Shown: positions 1 to 10,400 of the stretch, piece by piece
Numbering within the stretch: position 1 is the first letter of the stretch
Layout: each line of letters opens with the position of its first letter
Source: Myxococcales bacterium
Lineage (GTDB): Bacteria > Myxococcota_A > Polyangia > Polyangiales > Polyangiaceae
Assembly (NCBI GenBank): GCA_043747615.1
Contig: JAYTOU010000060.1
Span: 64,001 to 128,000, forward strand
Reading direction: 5' to 3'
DNA length: 64,000 nucleotides
The notes under the pieces: generated by a model
Told to the model about the DNA's origin: nothing
Databases searched by the model: none
What the model saw: only the letters and a program-made list of their open reading frames with translations
Position numbers and translations under genes: made by a program

Positions 1-847
1 CCGCATGGGAAACCGAAGCCGCTCCACCGGCAAAGCTCGCCTGAAGGCCATCCAGACGAAAGACGAGAGGAGCGCGCTCCTTGCCCCAGCGAACGTCCGC
101 CTCGAGACTCCACGCCTCGCATTCTTCGAGCGCGGGAAGCACGAGCGCTAGCTGCAGACCGTACTTGGTGATTGATTCGAACAGGCTGAACGGACCGTCG
201 ATCACGATGCGGTGCCCGCCCTCGGTCTTGGTGATGGTGTGGAGCAGACGCAGGAACTTCAGCCGTCGGAAGAGCCCGCGGAGAGCACCTGGGGAGGCGA
301 CCCTTACGTCGACGGTCACCTTCACGGCGCGCAGGAGGACGGCTTGCGCCTGGCCATGCTCGTACGCGGTCACCAGGGTCTGCGCGGATGGCGCCGCAAA
401 GGAGAGAAGGACGTGCGCGCCCCGAAGATCGGCGAAGAGCGCTCCTTCGATCGTCTCGACCGTCACGCTTCGTTCCGAGGCGAGGCCGCGAACGACAGCG
501 TCTCGATCGAAGCGTGCGCCGGGCGCGAGTGCCATCCGTGCTGCGCTCGCTCGGGTGAATACGTCTCTCCGAATCTCTTCGGGATCGAGGCCGTCTTTCG
601 CATCGAAGACGCAGCGATCCTCGATGAGCTTGGCGAGACCGTCCTTCAAACGATGTTCGCGAGCACCGACGTCGATCGCGACGAGCGCGCCGTCGAGCTC
701 CTCGCGCGTGCGTCCAACACACCCGGTGGCTGCGTCGAGGAGCCGCTCGGAAATCGCACACGCCCGCGCGCGCCCGTCTGCATCGAGTGACGCCAGGCGC
801 AGCTCGTTTCCTCGGCGTCGGGCGCTCACGAGATCAGCGGTAAGCAC
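1..847 (-). CDS. DUF790 family predicted nuclease (Bax1-like partner of XPB); 3' end runs off the window
   Basis: Not in the ORF track because it has no stop in the window. Hand translation from GTG at 847: MLTADLVSARRRG...LFADLRGAHVL...AQAVLLRA...LFRRLKFLRLLH...IDGPFSLFESITKYGLQLALVLPAL, typical of DUF790. Start overlaps the helicase stop. Confidence 0.85.
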   Translation of the reverse strand, partial: MLTADLVSARRRGNELRLASLDADGRARACAISERLLDAATGCVGRTREELDGALVAIDVGAREHRLKDGLAKLIEDRCVFDAKDGLDPEEIRRDVFTRASAARMALAPGARFDRDAVVRGLASERSVTVETIEGALFADLRGAHVLLSFAAPSAQTLVTAYEHGQAQAVLLRAVKVTVDVRVASPGALRGLFRRLKFLRLLHTITKTEGGHRIVIDGPFSLFESITKYGLQLALVLPALEECEAWSLEADVRWGKERAPLVFRLDGLQASFAGGAASVSHA

Positions 848-2195
848 TGTGCTCCCTCCGCCGGTCGCTGGTGTACGTCTCCGTCGTCGCCTGCGTCACG
901 AGCTCATAAAGCACGGCGCGCTTGTCTTCTCTCTTCCGCAAGATGCGCCCCAGCCGCTGCACGTGCTCGCGCACCGACCCGCTCCCGGAGAGGACCACGG
1001 CGACGTTGGCATCGGGCACGTCGACCCCTTCATTCAGCACCCTCGACGTCGCAACGGCGCGGTATGTTCCCTCCGCGAGCCCCGCGAGGATCGCGCTCCG
1101 CTCGCGCACCTTCGTCTGATGCGTGATCACGGGCACGAGGAAGCGGCGAGAGATGGCATACGCCGTCGCATTGTCCTGGGTGAACAAGATGGCCCGATCG
1201 CGCCGGTGCACATGGAGCAGATGCTCGAGGTAGTCGAGCTTCGCCGACGACGCGAAGGCAAGCGCGCGCTGACGTCGATACCCGATCATGGCCCTGCGCC
1301 CCTCCTCGCTCTGCGAAGAGAGCATGATGAACTCGCCCCACCCGGACGGCCGACTCATTCGAATCCCACGACTCTCCACGAAGGCGCGGTAGATTGCGCG
1401 TTCCGCGTCGTGCTCGGCGCGTTCTTCGGAGGTGAGCTCGATCGACACGCGCTCCGTCTCGTAGGCAGCCAGGTAGTCGCCGGAGAGCTCCACGATGTCT
1501 TTGCGATACGCCACGGGACCGATGAGATCACGGAGCGCCGCCTCACGCCCATCCGCGCGTTCGGGTGTCGCCGTGAGCCCGAGACGATACGGAGCCAGGC
1601 ATGCCCGCGCTGCAAGAGCGTACCCCGCGCTCGGCAGGTGATGGCACTCGTCGAACACCACCAGACCAAATCGCGCACCGAAGTTTTCCATGTGGAGGAA
1701 CGCCGAATCGTAGGTGGTCACCGTGAGAGGCTGGACGTCGTGCTCGCCGCCGCCCACAACGCCGATCGGCTTGCCGAAGGTCGCTCCGAGGAGATCGAAC
1801 CATTGACGGACCAGGTCGAGGGTCGGCGCGACGACCAACGTGCTGCGCTTTTTATCGTCGATGGCGAGAAGCGCGACGTGGCTTTTTCCAGCCCCCGTTG
1901 GCAAGACCACGAGCCCTCGCCCTCGCTGCGCACGCCAGGCTGACAGCGCCTCCGCTTGGTAGGGGCGTGGCTCGCGATGAACGCGCATCCCTTCTGCGAG
2001 CTGCAGATAATTTCTGGCGCCGTCTTCGAAGGGCATCTTGGAAGCTATGAGAGCGCGCACGACGCCGGCGTAGTGGACCGCCTCGGAGCGATGACACTGC
2101 GAGCGCTCGTCCCACGCGCAGCCAGGTATGGGCTCCGCGCTTTGTGCCAAGCCGCGAAGCTCGATGGTGCCGGACTTGAACGAGAGCGTGACCAC
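834..2195 (-). CDS. XPB/Rad25-like superfamily 2 DEAD/DEAH-box helicase
   Basis: Motifs PRPYQ, LPTGAGKS, DECHH, LGLTATPER, LNEGVDVP, QRLGRILR. Confidence 0.92.
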   Translation of the reverse strand: MVTLSFKSGTIELRGLAQSAEPIPGCAWDERSQCHRSEAVHYAGVVRALIASKMPFEDGARNYLQLAEGMRVHREPRPYQAEALSAWRAQRGRGLVVLPTGAGKSHVALLAIDDKKRSTLVVAPTLDLVRQWFDLLGATFGKPIGVVGGGEHDVQPLTVTTYDSAFLHMENFGARFGLVVFDECHHLPSAGYALAARACLAPYRLGLTATPERADGREAALRDLIGPVAYRKDIVELSGDYLAAYETERVSIELTSEERAEHDAERAIYRAFVESRGIRMSRPSGWGEFIMLSSQSEEGRRAMIGYRRQRALAFASSAKLDYLEHLLHVHRRDRAILFTQDNATAYAISRRFLVPVITHQTKVRERSAILAGLAEGTYRAVATSRVLNEGVDVPDANVAVVLSGSGSVREHVQRLGRILRKREDKRAVLYELVTQATTETYTSDRRREHSAYR

Positions 2196-2220
2196 GGCTT
2201 TCTGGCGCTGACTTTCTGTC

Positions 2221-3546
2221 TCAGGCCCCCGAGGGCCCCGGGGGTTCTGACTCGTCCCACCTCTCGAGCATGCTGTTGACGTCCTGCTCGACCTCCGACG
2301 CTGCGCGCGCTGCGGGCGGGAGCGGCGGGGGGCCCTTATTTCCAGCGGTAACGGGGTGCGCAGCTCCGTCGGCGACCGATACGTTGAATTCGGCGGCGCG
2401 CGACGCCACGGGTGAGGGCTTCTCGACCTGTGCGTGCCGGGCGAGCGCCTCTTTCGCGCGCACGCGACTGGACTCTAGCTCCGTTTCTGCGTGAAGGAGA
2501 CTTGCGAGGGCCGTTCGAACTTCGGCGAATGCTTCCATCTCGCGCTGGCGCTCGCCGCGTTCGTTGCGGAGCACCTCGTCGAGCCGCTCCGTCTCGCCGC
2601 GAAGGTATTCGGTGTCGACACGTGCACCTTGGAGATCGCGGCCGAGAGCGGTCACCCGTTCGACGACTTTACTCGTGGCGTCTTGAGCAACGACGGCCTC
2701 GCTCTGAAGCTTCTGGATCTGAAGCTCGAGGGGGATCCGCGCCATCTGTTCGCGCTCGAGCTCGACGGTTCGAGTTTCCAAGTCGGCTTCGACCGACGCG
2801 AGGCGGGATCGCGACTCGCCGAGCTTGCGTTGTTCGTCGTCGACTTTTCTTTGGAGGGTGACCGCGCGATCCCCGGCCGCACGTAGCTTCTCCGTGGTCT
2901 CTTCGAGCTGCTTTTTCAGCGTGACGCTGCTCGCCTCGGAGGTCTCGAGCTTGCTGCGTAGATCGACGATAGTTTGAGTGTGCTCGGCGTTGCGCGCGTC
3001 ATCGGCGCTCCCCTTGGCGGCGGCTTCGCGAACGCGACGATCGAGGTCAGCGATCTGATTCGCGTCTTCGGCCCGTTCCCCGAGCTCGACACCAAGCGAC
3101 CGCTGCACTTCGGCCAGCTGCGCGCGGAGCGCTTCATTCGTCCTGCCGAGCTCCTCGGCTTCGGCGCCCTGCGCTTCGGCAAACTGCGCATGAAGAGCAT
3201 CGTTGGCCCTCCCCTTCTCGTCGGCTTCGCGAAGTCGACTCTCGAGCTCCTCGATGCGATCGGCGTCTTCCACGCGGCCCTCGAGCTCGACGCCGTGAGC
3301 CCGTTGCGCTTCCGCAAGCTGCGCATGCAGGTTGGCGATCTGACGACGCATGGCCGAGGCGCTGTCGTCTTTCTTCGCGGGTATGGAGCTCCTCGCCTCC
3401 GTCTCTCCTTCTCCACTCTTCGGCGCGTCGACACCGGCGGGCGCACCCGAGACCCGCGGACGAATCGAAGGTCGTTCGGCGCGAGGGTCGACTCGGACGG
3501 TCAAGTTCTCCTCGACCATGCTCGGAGGGCGCTTTGTCTTGCTCAC
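2221..3546 (-). CDS. Coiled-coil hypothetical protein
   Basis: 441 aa, Glu/Arg/Ala/Leu heptad-rich, internal repeat LHAQLAEAQR..GVEL..R.EDA / LRAQLAEVQR..GVEL..R.EDA, Pro-rich tail. Confidence 0.7.
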   Translation of the reverse strand: MSKTKRPPSMVEENLTVRVDPRAERPSIRPRVSGAPAGVDAPKSGEGETEARSSIPAKKDDSASAMRRQIANLHAQLAEAQRAHGVELEGRVEDADRIEELESRLREADEKGRANDALHAQFAEAQGAEAEELGRTNEALRAQLAEVQRSLGVELGERAEDANQIADLDRRVREAAAKGSADDARNAEHTQTIVDLRSKLETSEASSVTLKKQLEETTEKLRAAGDRAVTLQRKVDDEQRKLGESRSRLASVEADLETRTVELEREQMARIPLELQIQKLQSEAVVAQDATSKVVERVTALGRDLQGARVDTEYLRGETERLDEVLRNERGERQREMEAFAEVRTALASLLHAETELESSRVRAKEALARHAQVEKPSPVASRAAEFNVSVADGAAHPVTAGNKGPPPLPPAARAASEVEQDVNSMLERWDESEPPGPSGA

Positions 3547-3636
3547 GGCTCCAGCGTAGCACCCGCGATGACGGTGCAGAATGCATAGCTTAGCGGCGTT
3601 CGGGCGGCATCCGTTCGTGGTATCTCAGCACGATCC

Positions 3637-4863
3637 ATGACCGACGTTCTTCTGCAGGCCGCGCTCCGTAGGCCGCGCCATCTCACCAACATCAAATACG
3701 AGATCCGCGGCCCCCTTGCCCGTCGCGCGCTCGAGATGGAGCGTCAGGGTCACGAGATCGTGAAGCTCAACATCGGCAACCTCGCCGCGTTTGGGTTTCG
3801 CACGCCCGAGGCGATGCGCCGCGCGGTCGTCGAGAACCTCGCGGATTCGGAAGCCTACTCGCACCAGAAGGGAATCTTCCCGGCGCGAGAGGCGGTCGTG
3901 GCCGAAACTCAGTCGCGCGGTGTGCGCGGCGTCACGGTGGAAGACGTATTCATGGGCAACGGCGTCTCCGAGCTCATCTTGATGTGCATGGAGGGACTGC
4001 TCGAGCCAGGCGACGAGGTTCTCCTTCCGGCGCCCGACTACCCGCTGTGGACCGCCGCGGTCGCGATCACGGGTGCGACGCCTGTGTACTATGCATGTTC
4101 TCCGGGCAACGACTTTCAGCCGGACCCCGAGGAGATCGCGTCGCTCGTTACCGACAAAACGAAGGGCCTGGTCCTCATCAATCCGAACAACCCGACCGGC
4201 GCCGTGTACTCGCGCGAGACGCTGGAGGCCATCGTGCGCATCGCCGAAAAGAACGCGCTCGTTCTCTTTTCAGACGAGATCTACGATCGCATCCTCTACG
4301 ACGCCGCGGAGCACATACCGGCCGCGACGCTCTGCCACGACACGCTGTGCGTGACGTTTGGCGGGCTCTCGAAAGTCTATCGCGCGTGCGGCTACCGGGT
4401 GGGCTGGGCGTACTTCAGCGGTCGAAAATCGCACGCAAATGAGTACCTCCAGACGCTCGAGTTACTCGCGTCGCTCCGTCTGTGCAGCAACGTGCCCGGG
4501 CAGTGGGCCGTGCAGACCGCGCTCGGCGGACACCAGAGCATCTACGAGCTCACGGCGCCAACCGGCCGGCTCGGTCGCCAGCGCGCAGCGGTGCTCACGG
4601 CGGTCGCGCGCTCGAAGCACCTGTCGCTCGTGGCCCCGAAGGGCGCGCTTTATGGCTTCGTCGGGGTGACGCGGGATCGGGCGGCGAACTTCAACGATGC
4701 GGCGTTCGCGATGGCGCTGCTCGAGAAGAAGAAGGTGCTCGTCGTGCCGGGATCGAGCTTCAATGTAAAGTACACTGATCATTTTCGCATCACGCTGCTT
4801 CCGGATGAAGAAACGATGGCCATGGTCTTCGGCCGCATCGAGGAGCTCCTCGACGAGGCGTGA
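3637..4863 (+). CDS. alaA: Class I/II PLP aminotransferase, AlaA/AlaT type
   Basis: YEIRGP, KLNIGN, GNGVSELI, PDYPLWTAAV, INPNNPTGAVY, DEIYD, GLSKVYRACGYRVGW, RLCSNVPGQ. Confidence 0.88.
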   Translation: MTDVLLQAALRRPRHLTNIKYEIRGPLARRALEMERQGHEIVKLNIGNLAAFGFRTPEAMRRAVVENLADSEAYSHQKGIFPAREAVVAETQSRGVRGVTVEDVFMGNGVSELILMCMEGLLEPGDEVLLPAPDYPLWTAAVAITGATPVYYACSPGNDFQPDPEEIASLVTDKTKGLVLINPNNPTGAVYSRETLEAIVRIAEKNALVLFSDEIYDRILYDAAEHIPAATLCHDTLCVTFGGLSKVYRACGYRVGWAYFSGRKSHANEYLQTLELLASLRLCSNVPGQWAVQTALGGHQSIYELTAPTGRLGRQRAAVLTAVARSKHLSLVAPKGALYGFVGVTRDRAANFNDAAFAMALLEKKKVLVVPGSSFNVKYTDHFRITLLPDEETMAMVFGRIEELLDEA

Positions 4864-4931
4864 CGGCGAGGGGCCCCAGCATCGGCTAGCGGCCTTGCGA
4901 AGGACTGCGAACATCTCGTATAGCGGCTCGC

Positions 4932-6419
4932 GTGAGGAAGCGGTGCGGTCAAGGACGAAGCCGGGCGTGGAGGGCAGCTTGCCCTCTGGTCGCGCTGGGC
5001 GTGCTTCTCGTCTCGACGCGGGCGAGCGCGCAGGCAGCCCACCCTGCGGGTCACGAAGACGACGCGTTCGACGTCATGAACCTGCTCACCAAGCACGGCC
5101 TCCACGACATCCTGCACGAGAGCTGGAATGCCTACGGGCAAGTGACCTACATTTCGAGCTGGAAGGCGCCTTTTTCCGCGGCCTACACGAACGCGAACGG
5201 CAGCATCAATTCCCTCGTTCCAAGCGGCGAGCACAGCTACACGGGCACGGCCACGCTCTTCCTCGGGGCGAAGCTTTGGCCGGGGGCCGAAGGTTATTTC
5301 GTACCTGAGGTCATCGCGGAGCGGCCGCTCTCGCAGCTTCGAGGGATCGGCGGCGCCATCCAGAACTTCGAGCTCCAGAAAACCGGAGCGGCGACACCAC
5401 AGCTTTACCGTGCAAGGACGTTTCTTCGGCAAACGATCGGCTTTGGCGGCGCGCCTGTCGTGAAGACATCGGATCCGATGCAGCTTGGCGCGGTCGTCGA
5501 TGCCAGGCGGGTCGTGCTCACCGCAGGCAACTTCACGATTCTGGACGTGTTCGACAGGAATTCGATCACGGGTGATCCGCGGCAAACGTTCTTGAACATG
5601 GCCTTCATGACGTACGCCGCCTACGACTTCATGTCGGACGCGCGCGGCTACTCCTGGGGAGGGGTCGCCGAGCTCTATTACGACGACTGGTCGGTTCGCT
5701 TCGGTCGCATCACGCCACCCAAGAATCCCAACCAACTAGAGGTCGATTTCAGAATCGATAAGCACTACGGCGATCAGCTGGAAGTCCAGCACGACCACCG
5801 CATCCTCGGCCAGGACGGGTCCGTGAAGGTGCTCGGGTATCGAAACAGCGCCATCATGGGACGCTTCGACGACGCCATCGCTGCGTTCCAAACGGACCCG
5901 GCGAAGAACGCCACCACCTGCACGGGATACAACTACAGCTCCGCGAACGCAGGCGCCCCCGATCTCTGTTGGGCGCGAAAGCCCAGCACGAAGGTGGGGA
6001 TCGGAATCAACCTCGAGCAACACATCACCGCAGACATCGGCGTGTTCTTTCGGGGGATGGTCTCGGACGGCGAGAGCGAGGTCTTCGCCTATACGTCGAC
6101 GGACCGATCCCTCTCGTTCGGTGCTGTCGGCAAGGGCTCTTCGTGGCACCGGCCCTTCGACGTCGCGGGGGTCGGGGTCGGCTATGGCTGGATATCCAAG
6201 GCCCATGCCGACTACCTGCGGCTAGGCGGCGTCGACGGTTTCATCGGAGACGGAAACATCACGGCGGCTGCAGAGAAGGTCATCGATATTTTCTACAGCG
6301 TGAACCTCCTCAAGGCGGTCTGGCTTACCGCCGACTACCAGCACATCGCCAACCCCGCCTTCAACGCCGACCGCGGCCCCGTGAACGTCCTCGCCGGGAG
6401 GGTTCATGCCGAATTCTAA
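4932..6419 (+). CDS. OprB-family carbohydrate/metal porin (MnoP-like)
   Basis: Signal peptide, YRARTFLRQTI, DPRQTFLN, AYDFMSDARGYSWG, DYQHIANPAFNADRGPV, C-terminal HAEF barrel signal. Confidence 0.85.
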   Translation: MRKRCGQGRSRAWRAACPLVALGVLLVSTRASAQAAHPAGHEDDAFDVMNLLTKHGLHDILHESWNAYGQVTYISSWKAPFSAAYTNANGSINSLVPSGEHSYTGTATLFLGAKLWPGAEGYFVPEVIAERPLSQLRGIGGAIQNFELQKTGAATPQLYRARTFLRQTIGFGGAPVVKTSDPMQLGAVVDARRVVLTAGNFTILDVFDRNSITGDPRQTFLNMAFMTYAAYDFMSDARGYSWGGVAELYYDDWSVRFGRITPPKNPNQLEVDFRIDKHYGDQLEVQHDHRILGQDGSVKVLGYRNSAIMGRFDDAIAAFQTDPAKNATTCTGYNYSSANAGAPDLCWARKPSTKVGIGINLEQHITADIGVFFRGMVSDGESEVFAYTSTDRSLSFGAVGKGSSWHRPFDVAGVGVGYGWISKAHADYLRLGGVDGFIGDGNITAAAEKVIDIFYSVNLLKAVWLTADYQHIANPAFNADRGPVNVLAGRVHAEF

Positions 6420-7398
6420 CCGGCTTGGTCGCGTCGCGCGCGCTCGCGGCCGAGTGATCGGGCTTGCCTGCGTCGTTGCGAGCTTCGTTCTGTGCCCGTC
6501 GAATGCGAATGCACAGCAGCAACCCCAGGGCTTCGCGGTCGAGCGCTTCTACCCCTCCGCGCCCGGTGGCGGGTGGATGGTGATGGACGATCTCGACATG
6601 CGCGGAGGCCTCGGCGGCGCGCTCGCGGTCTCGAGCGGCTACGCGCACAACCCGTTCCGGGCGACCGACGGCACGCAGCGCTTGAAGGTCGTCTCCGGCC
6701 AGGCCTTTGCCGATCTCGGTCTCGCCCTCACGTACGATCGCTTTCGCTTGTACCTCAACTTCGACGCTCCGCTCTCCGTCAAAGGGCAGAGCGGTACCGT
6801 CGGCGCCTACCGGCTCACCGCCCCGGGAGCGGACGTCGGCTCGAACCCCGACACCCTCTCCGATGCGCGGGTTGGGTTCGACGCGCGTCTCGTCGGCAGT
6901 GCCAAGAGCGCATTTCGACTCGGTGCCGGCGCGCAGATCATCGTGCCGTCCGGCGAGCGCGCCGACTACGTCACTGACGGCACCTACCGGATGATGGGCC
7001 GCCTCCTCTTCGCGGGCAGAAGAGGCTTCTTCACGTACGCCGGCCAGCTCGGAGTGCATGTTCGTCCGCTGAACGACGCGCCAGTGCCAGGCAGCCCGCA
7101 AGGGAGCGAGCTCCTCTTCGGCGTTGCGGGAGGACCGAAGCTTCCCGTGGGTGGGGGCGGCAAGATGGTCGTCGTCGTCGGACCGGAGCTCTATGGAGAA
7201 ACGGCGTTTCGCTCGTTCCTCGGCCGTACGGCGACAGGGCTCGAGGGCCTACTCACGGGAAGGCTCGAGGAGACGGGCGATCACGGACCGCAGCGGCGGA
7301 TCAAGCTCGGCGTTGGCGGCGGACTGAATCCGCACTTCGGCGCACCCGAATGGCGTTTCGTTCTGGGAGTCGAGGTCTTCGACCGCACGTTCCGCTGA
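6406..7398 (+). CDS. Secreted/outer-membrane beta-stranded hypothetical protein
   Basis: Signal peptide ending ANA, FAVERFYPSAPG, amphipathic strands, GAPEWRFVLGVE near C-terminus; start overlaps the porin end. Confidence 0.7.
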   Translation: MPNSNRLGRVARARGRVIGLACVVASFVLCPSNANAQQQPQGFAVERFYPSAPGGGWMVMDDLDMRGGLGGALAVSSGYAHNPFRATDGTQRLKVVSGQAFADLGLALTYDRFRLYLNFDAPLSVKGQSGTVGAYRLTAPGADVGSNPDTLSDARVGFDARLVGSAKSAFRLGAGAQIIVPSGERADYVTDGTYRMMGRLLFAGRRGFFTYAGQLGVHVRPLNDAPVPGSPQGSELLFGVAGGPKLPVGGGGKMVVVVGPELYGETAFRSFLGRTATGLEGLLTGRLEETGDHGPQRRIKLGVGGGLNPHFGAPEWRFVLGVEVFDRTFR

Positions 7399-7471
7399 CC
7401 GGGGACAGTTCTTGGGTGGCCGCGGACAGAGGCCAGAGCAGGATCGCTCGAGAATCATAGCTTCGAACGCA

Positions 7472-7487
7472 TGGCACGCGCGGCGCA
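7472..7487 (+). promoter_or_regulatory. Possible sigma54 promoter upstream of the Pls-like gene
   Basis: TGGCACGCGCGGCGCA: consensus -24 TGGCACG and GG-N10-GC spacing, weak -12 element. Confidence 0.35.
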
Positions 7488-7499
7488 AAGGCGCTGGCG

Positions 7500-10400
7500 A
7501 TGACCATGCAAACCGAAGCGCTATCTCGCGTCGATCGCCAACGCCGTCACCACACCACCCACGTCGACGCGAGCACGGTGCGCGCCCTGAGCGCCACCGC
7601 GATTCTCATTTATCGCTACACGCGCGAAAGCGTGGTCTGGCTGAGCGTCACCGGTTCGTCCAAGGCGGGGCCGCGTTCGATCTCTGTCCGCCTCTCCGAC
7701 GACACGGTCATCTCGACGGTGATTGCCCAGGTGGGGCGCCTCCTGCGCGCGACGCCGGATCCCCCCGTTTTCCCAATCCCCGGCGAAGTGAGGGTGACAT
7801 GGTCCGAACGCTCGGTGGACGGCGTCGCGCCAGAGGGACCGTTCCTCTCGCTCACGATCGATCGCGCGAGCCTCGGCGTGCGTGTAGAGCAGTCGTCGCA
7901 CCGTGGCCTCGTCGCCGGCTCCAACCCGCTCCGTCAGGTCGCGCGGCACTTCGCGTGCGTGGTAGGCGCTGTACGCGAAACGCGCGGATCGCGCATCGCA
8001 GACGCACCGCTGCTCGATGCAGCCGAGCTCCATCGCGTCACCGAAATCTGGAGTCGCGGGGAGGTTCGGCCCGAGCTTGCGGAGCCCGGTCTCCTTCACG
8101 AGCTCTTCGAGCATCACGCTTCCGCGACCCCCGACAAACTCGCGGTGGTTTGCGGCGCTACGAAGGTCTCCTACGGGGATCTGAACGGCCGGGCCGAAAT
8201 GGTCGCGCGGCGCCTTCGTTCGCTCGGGCTAGGCCGCGGAAGCCTCGTGGCGTTTCAGCTCCCACGATCCGAGCTCGTCTACGAAACGCTGCTCGGCATC
8301 CTTAAAGCGGGGGCGGCGTACGTCCCGCTCGACCCAGAGTGTCCTCCAGATCGCGTTTGCCAGATCCTCTCCGATTGCCGGGCGGCCGCGCTCCTCATCG
8401 TCGGCGAGCCGGCGGATGCCATCGCCGCGTCGCCGTTTCCGGTCGTTCGTCTCGACACATGTCCGAACGAGCCCCGTCCGGAGTTCCCGCAGGCTCCCTG
8501 CCCAGCCAAACCGAGCGACGTCTCGTACGTCATCTACACCTCGGGTTCCACGGGCACGCCGAAAGGTGTCGCCATCGAGCATCGCAGCGCGCGTCACCTC
8601 GTGCGTGCCGAGCAACATCTTTTCGGGATCCGCCCCTCCGACCGCGTTTTTCAGGGCTTTTCCATAGCGTTCGACGCTGCCGTCGAGGAAGTGTGGCTCG
8701 CTTTCGCCGCCGGAGCGACGCTCGTCGTCGGCACGACCGACGTCATGCGATCAGACCTCGCGCGCTACCTGACAGATGAGAAGATCACCGTGTTCTCGAC
8801 GGTGCCTACGCTGCTGGCGACTCTCCCTGGCGAACTTCCTACGGTGCGCCTTCTCATCGTCGGCGGAGAGACGTGCCCCGACGATCTAGCGAAGCGGTGG
8901 AGCACGCCCACACGGAGGATGTTCAACACCTACGGACCCACGGAGGCCACGGTGATCGCAACCTACGTCGAGCTCGACCCTCATCGACCGGTGACCATCG
9001 GTCGGCCGATTCCGAACTACGCGACGTACATCCTCGATCAGGCGGGACACCCAGTTGCCATGGGATTATCCGGCGAGCTCTTCATCGGTGGGGTCGGCCT
9101 TGCGCGTGGCTACCTGCACAACGACGAGCAAACGTCGGCGCGCTTCGTTCCCGGTCCCTCGGGGAACGGTTGCGATCCCTCCGGCCGACTTTATCGCACG
9201 GGAGATCGGGCACGCTTCACCGAGTCGGGCGAAATCGAATTTTTGGGTCGATTCGACGATCAAGTGAAGCTCCGCGGTTTCAGAATCGAGCCGCGTGAGA
9301 TCGAGACGGCACTCCTCGACTGCGAAGGAATCGCCCAGGCCGTGGCCATCGTGCGCGAGGTCACTCCAGGCCAGAAGCAGCTCGTCGCCTACGTGGTGGC
9401 CCATGGCCATGCCGAGCCTAGTCTCGACGGGATCAAGAAGAAGCTGCGGGCGCGCTTGCCGCCGTACATGGTCCCGGCCCACATCGTCTTGCTCGATCGC
9501 TTTCCTACACTTACGAGCGGCAAGGTCGACAAGCGCTTGCTTCCGGAACCGCATGCGCCGGCGCGCAAAGCGCTCGAGCCAACGGCCGGGCGAGATCCGC
9601 TCGAGCTCACGATCGCCTCTGCGTGGGCCGTTCTGTTCTCGGTTCCGAGCGTCATGCCTCACGACGATTTTTTTCTCGACCTCGGCGGCCACTCACTCGC
9701 TGCGGCGCAGATGGTGTCCACGCTGCGGCGCGAGCCGGCCCTTGAGAGCCTCTCGGTGTTGGACGTCTACAAGCACTCCACTCCGTCGCTCTTGGCGCGG
9801 CGGCTTCGACAGACCTCCGCCGACGCAGCCCTCGCGCACGTCGAAACGCCCGCCGCATCTGCCGATCGGCCTGCCGTCTCCACCTGGCGGTTTTGGGCGT
9901 GCGGTGCCGCGCAAGGACTTGCGCTCTACCTCGTCTGCGGGCTCCAAGCGATGCAAAGCCTCGCGCCGTATCTCAGCTTCGTATGGATGCGACACGCGCA
10001 CTTCAACGAGCCCCGTGCACTTCTCGCGTCGGTGGCAGTGATCCTCGGCACGACGCCGATCATGCTGCTCGCCAGCATCGCGATCAAGTGGCTGGTCATA
10101 GGACGCTACAGGGCGGGTCGCTATCCCCTCTGGAGCTCGTATTACTTTCGGTGGTGGCTTGTCGACCGCGTCTTGGCGGTTGCCCCCCTTGCCCACCTCG
10201 CGGGAACGCCGCTCCTCAACCTGTACTGTCGGCTCATGGGGGCGCGCATCGGGAAAAACGTTCTTCTCGCGTCGGAGAGCCTCGCCACGTTCGATCTTCT
10301 TTCGATAGGCGATGACAGCACCGTCGGCTTCGAGTCGACCCTGTGGGGTCACACCGTCGAGGACGGGATGCTGATTCTCGGCCCGATAAAAATCGGGGCG

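Noticed and set aside
81..1943. 620-aa plus-strand ORF and many similar long antisense ORFs
   Set aside because: Shadows of real opposite-strand genes in high-GC DNA; no motifs.
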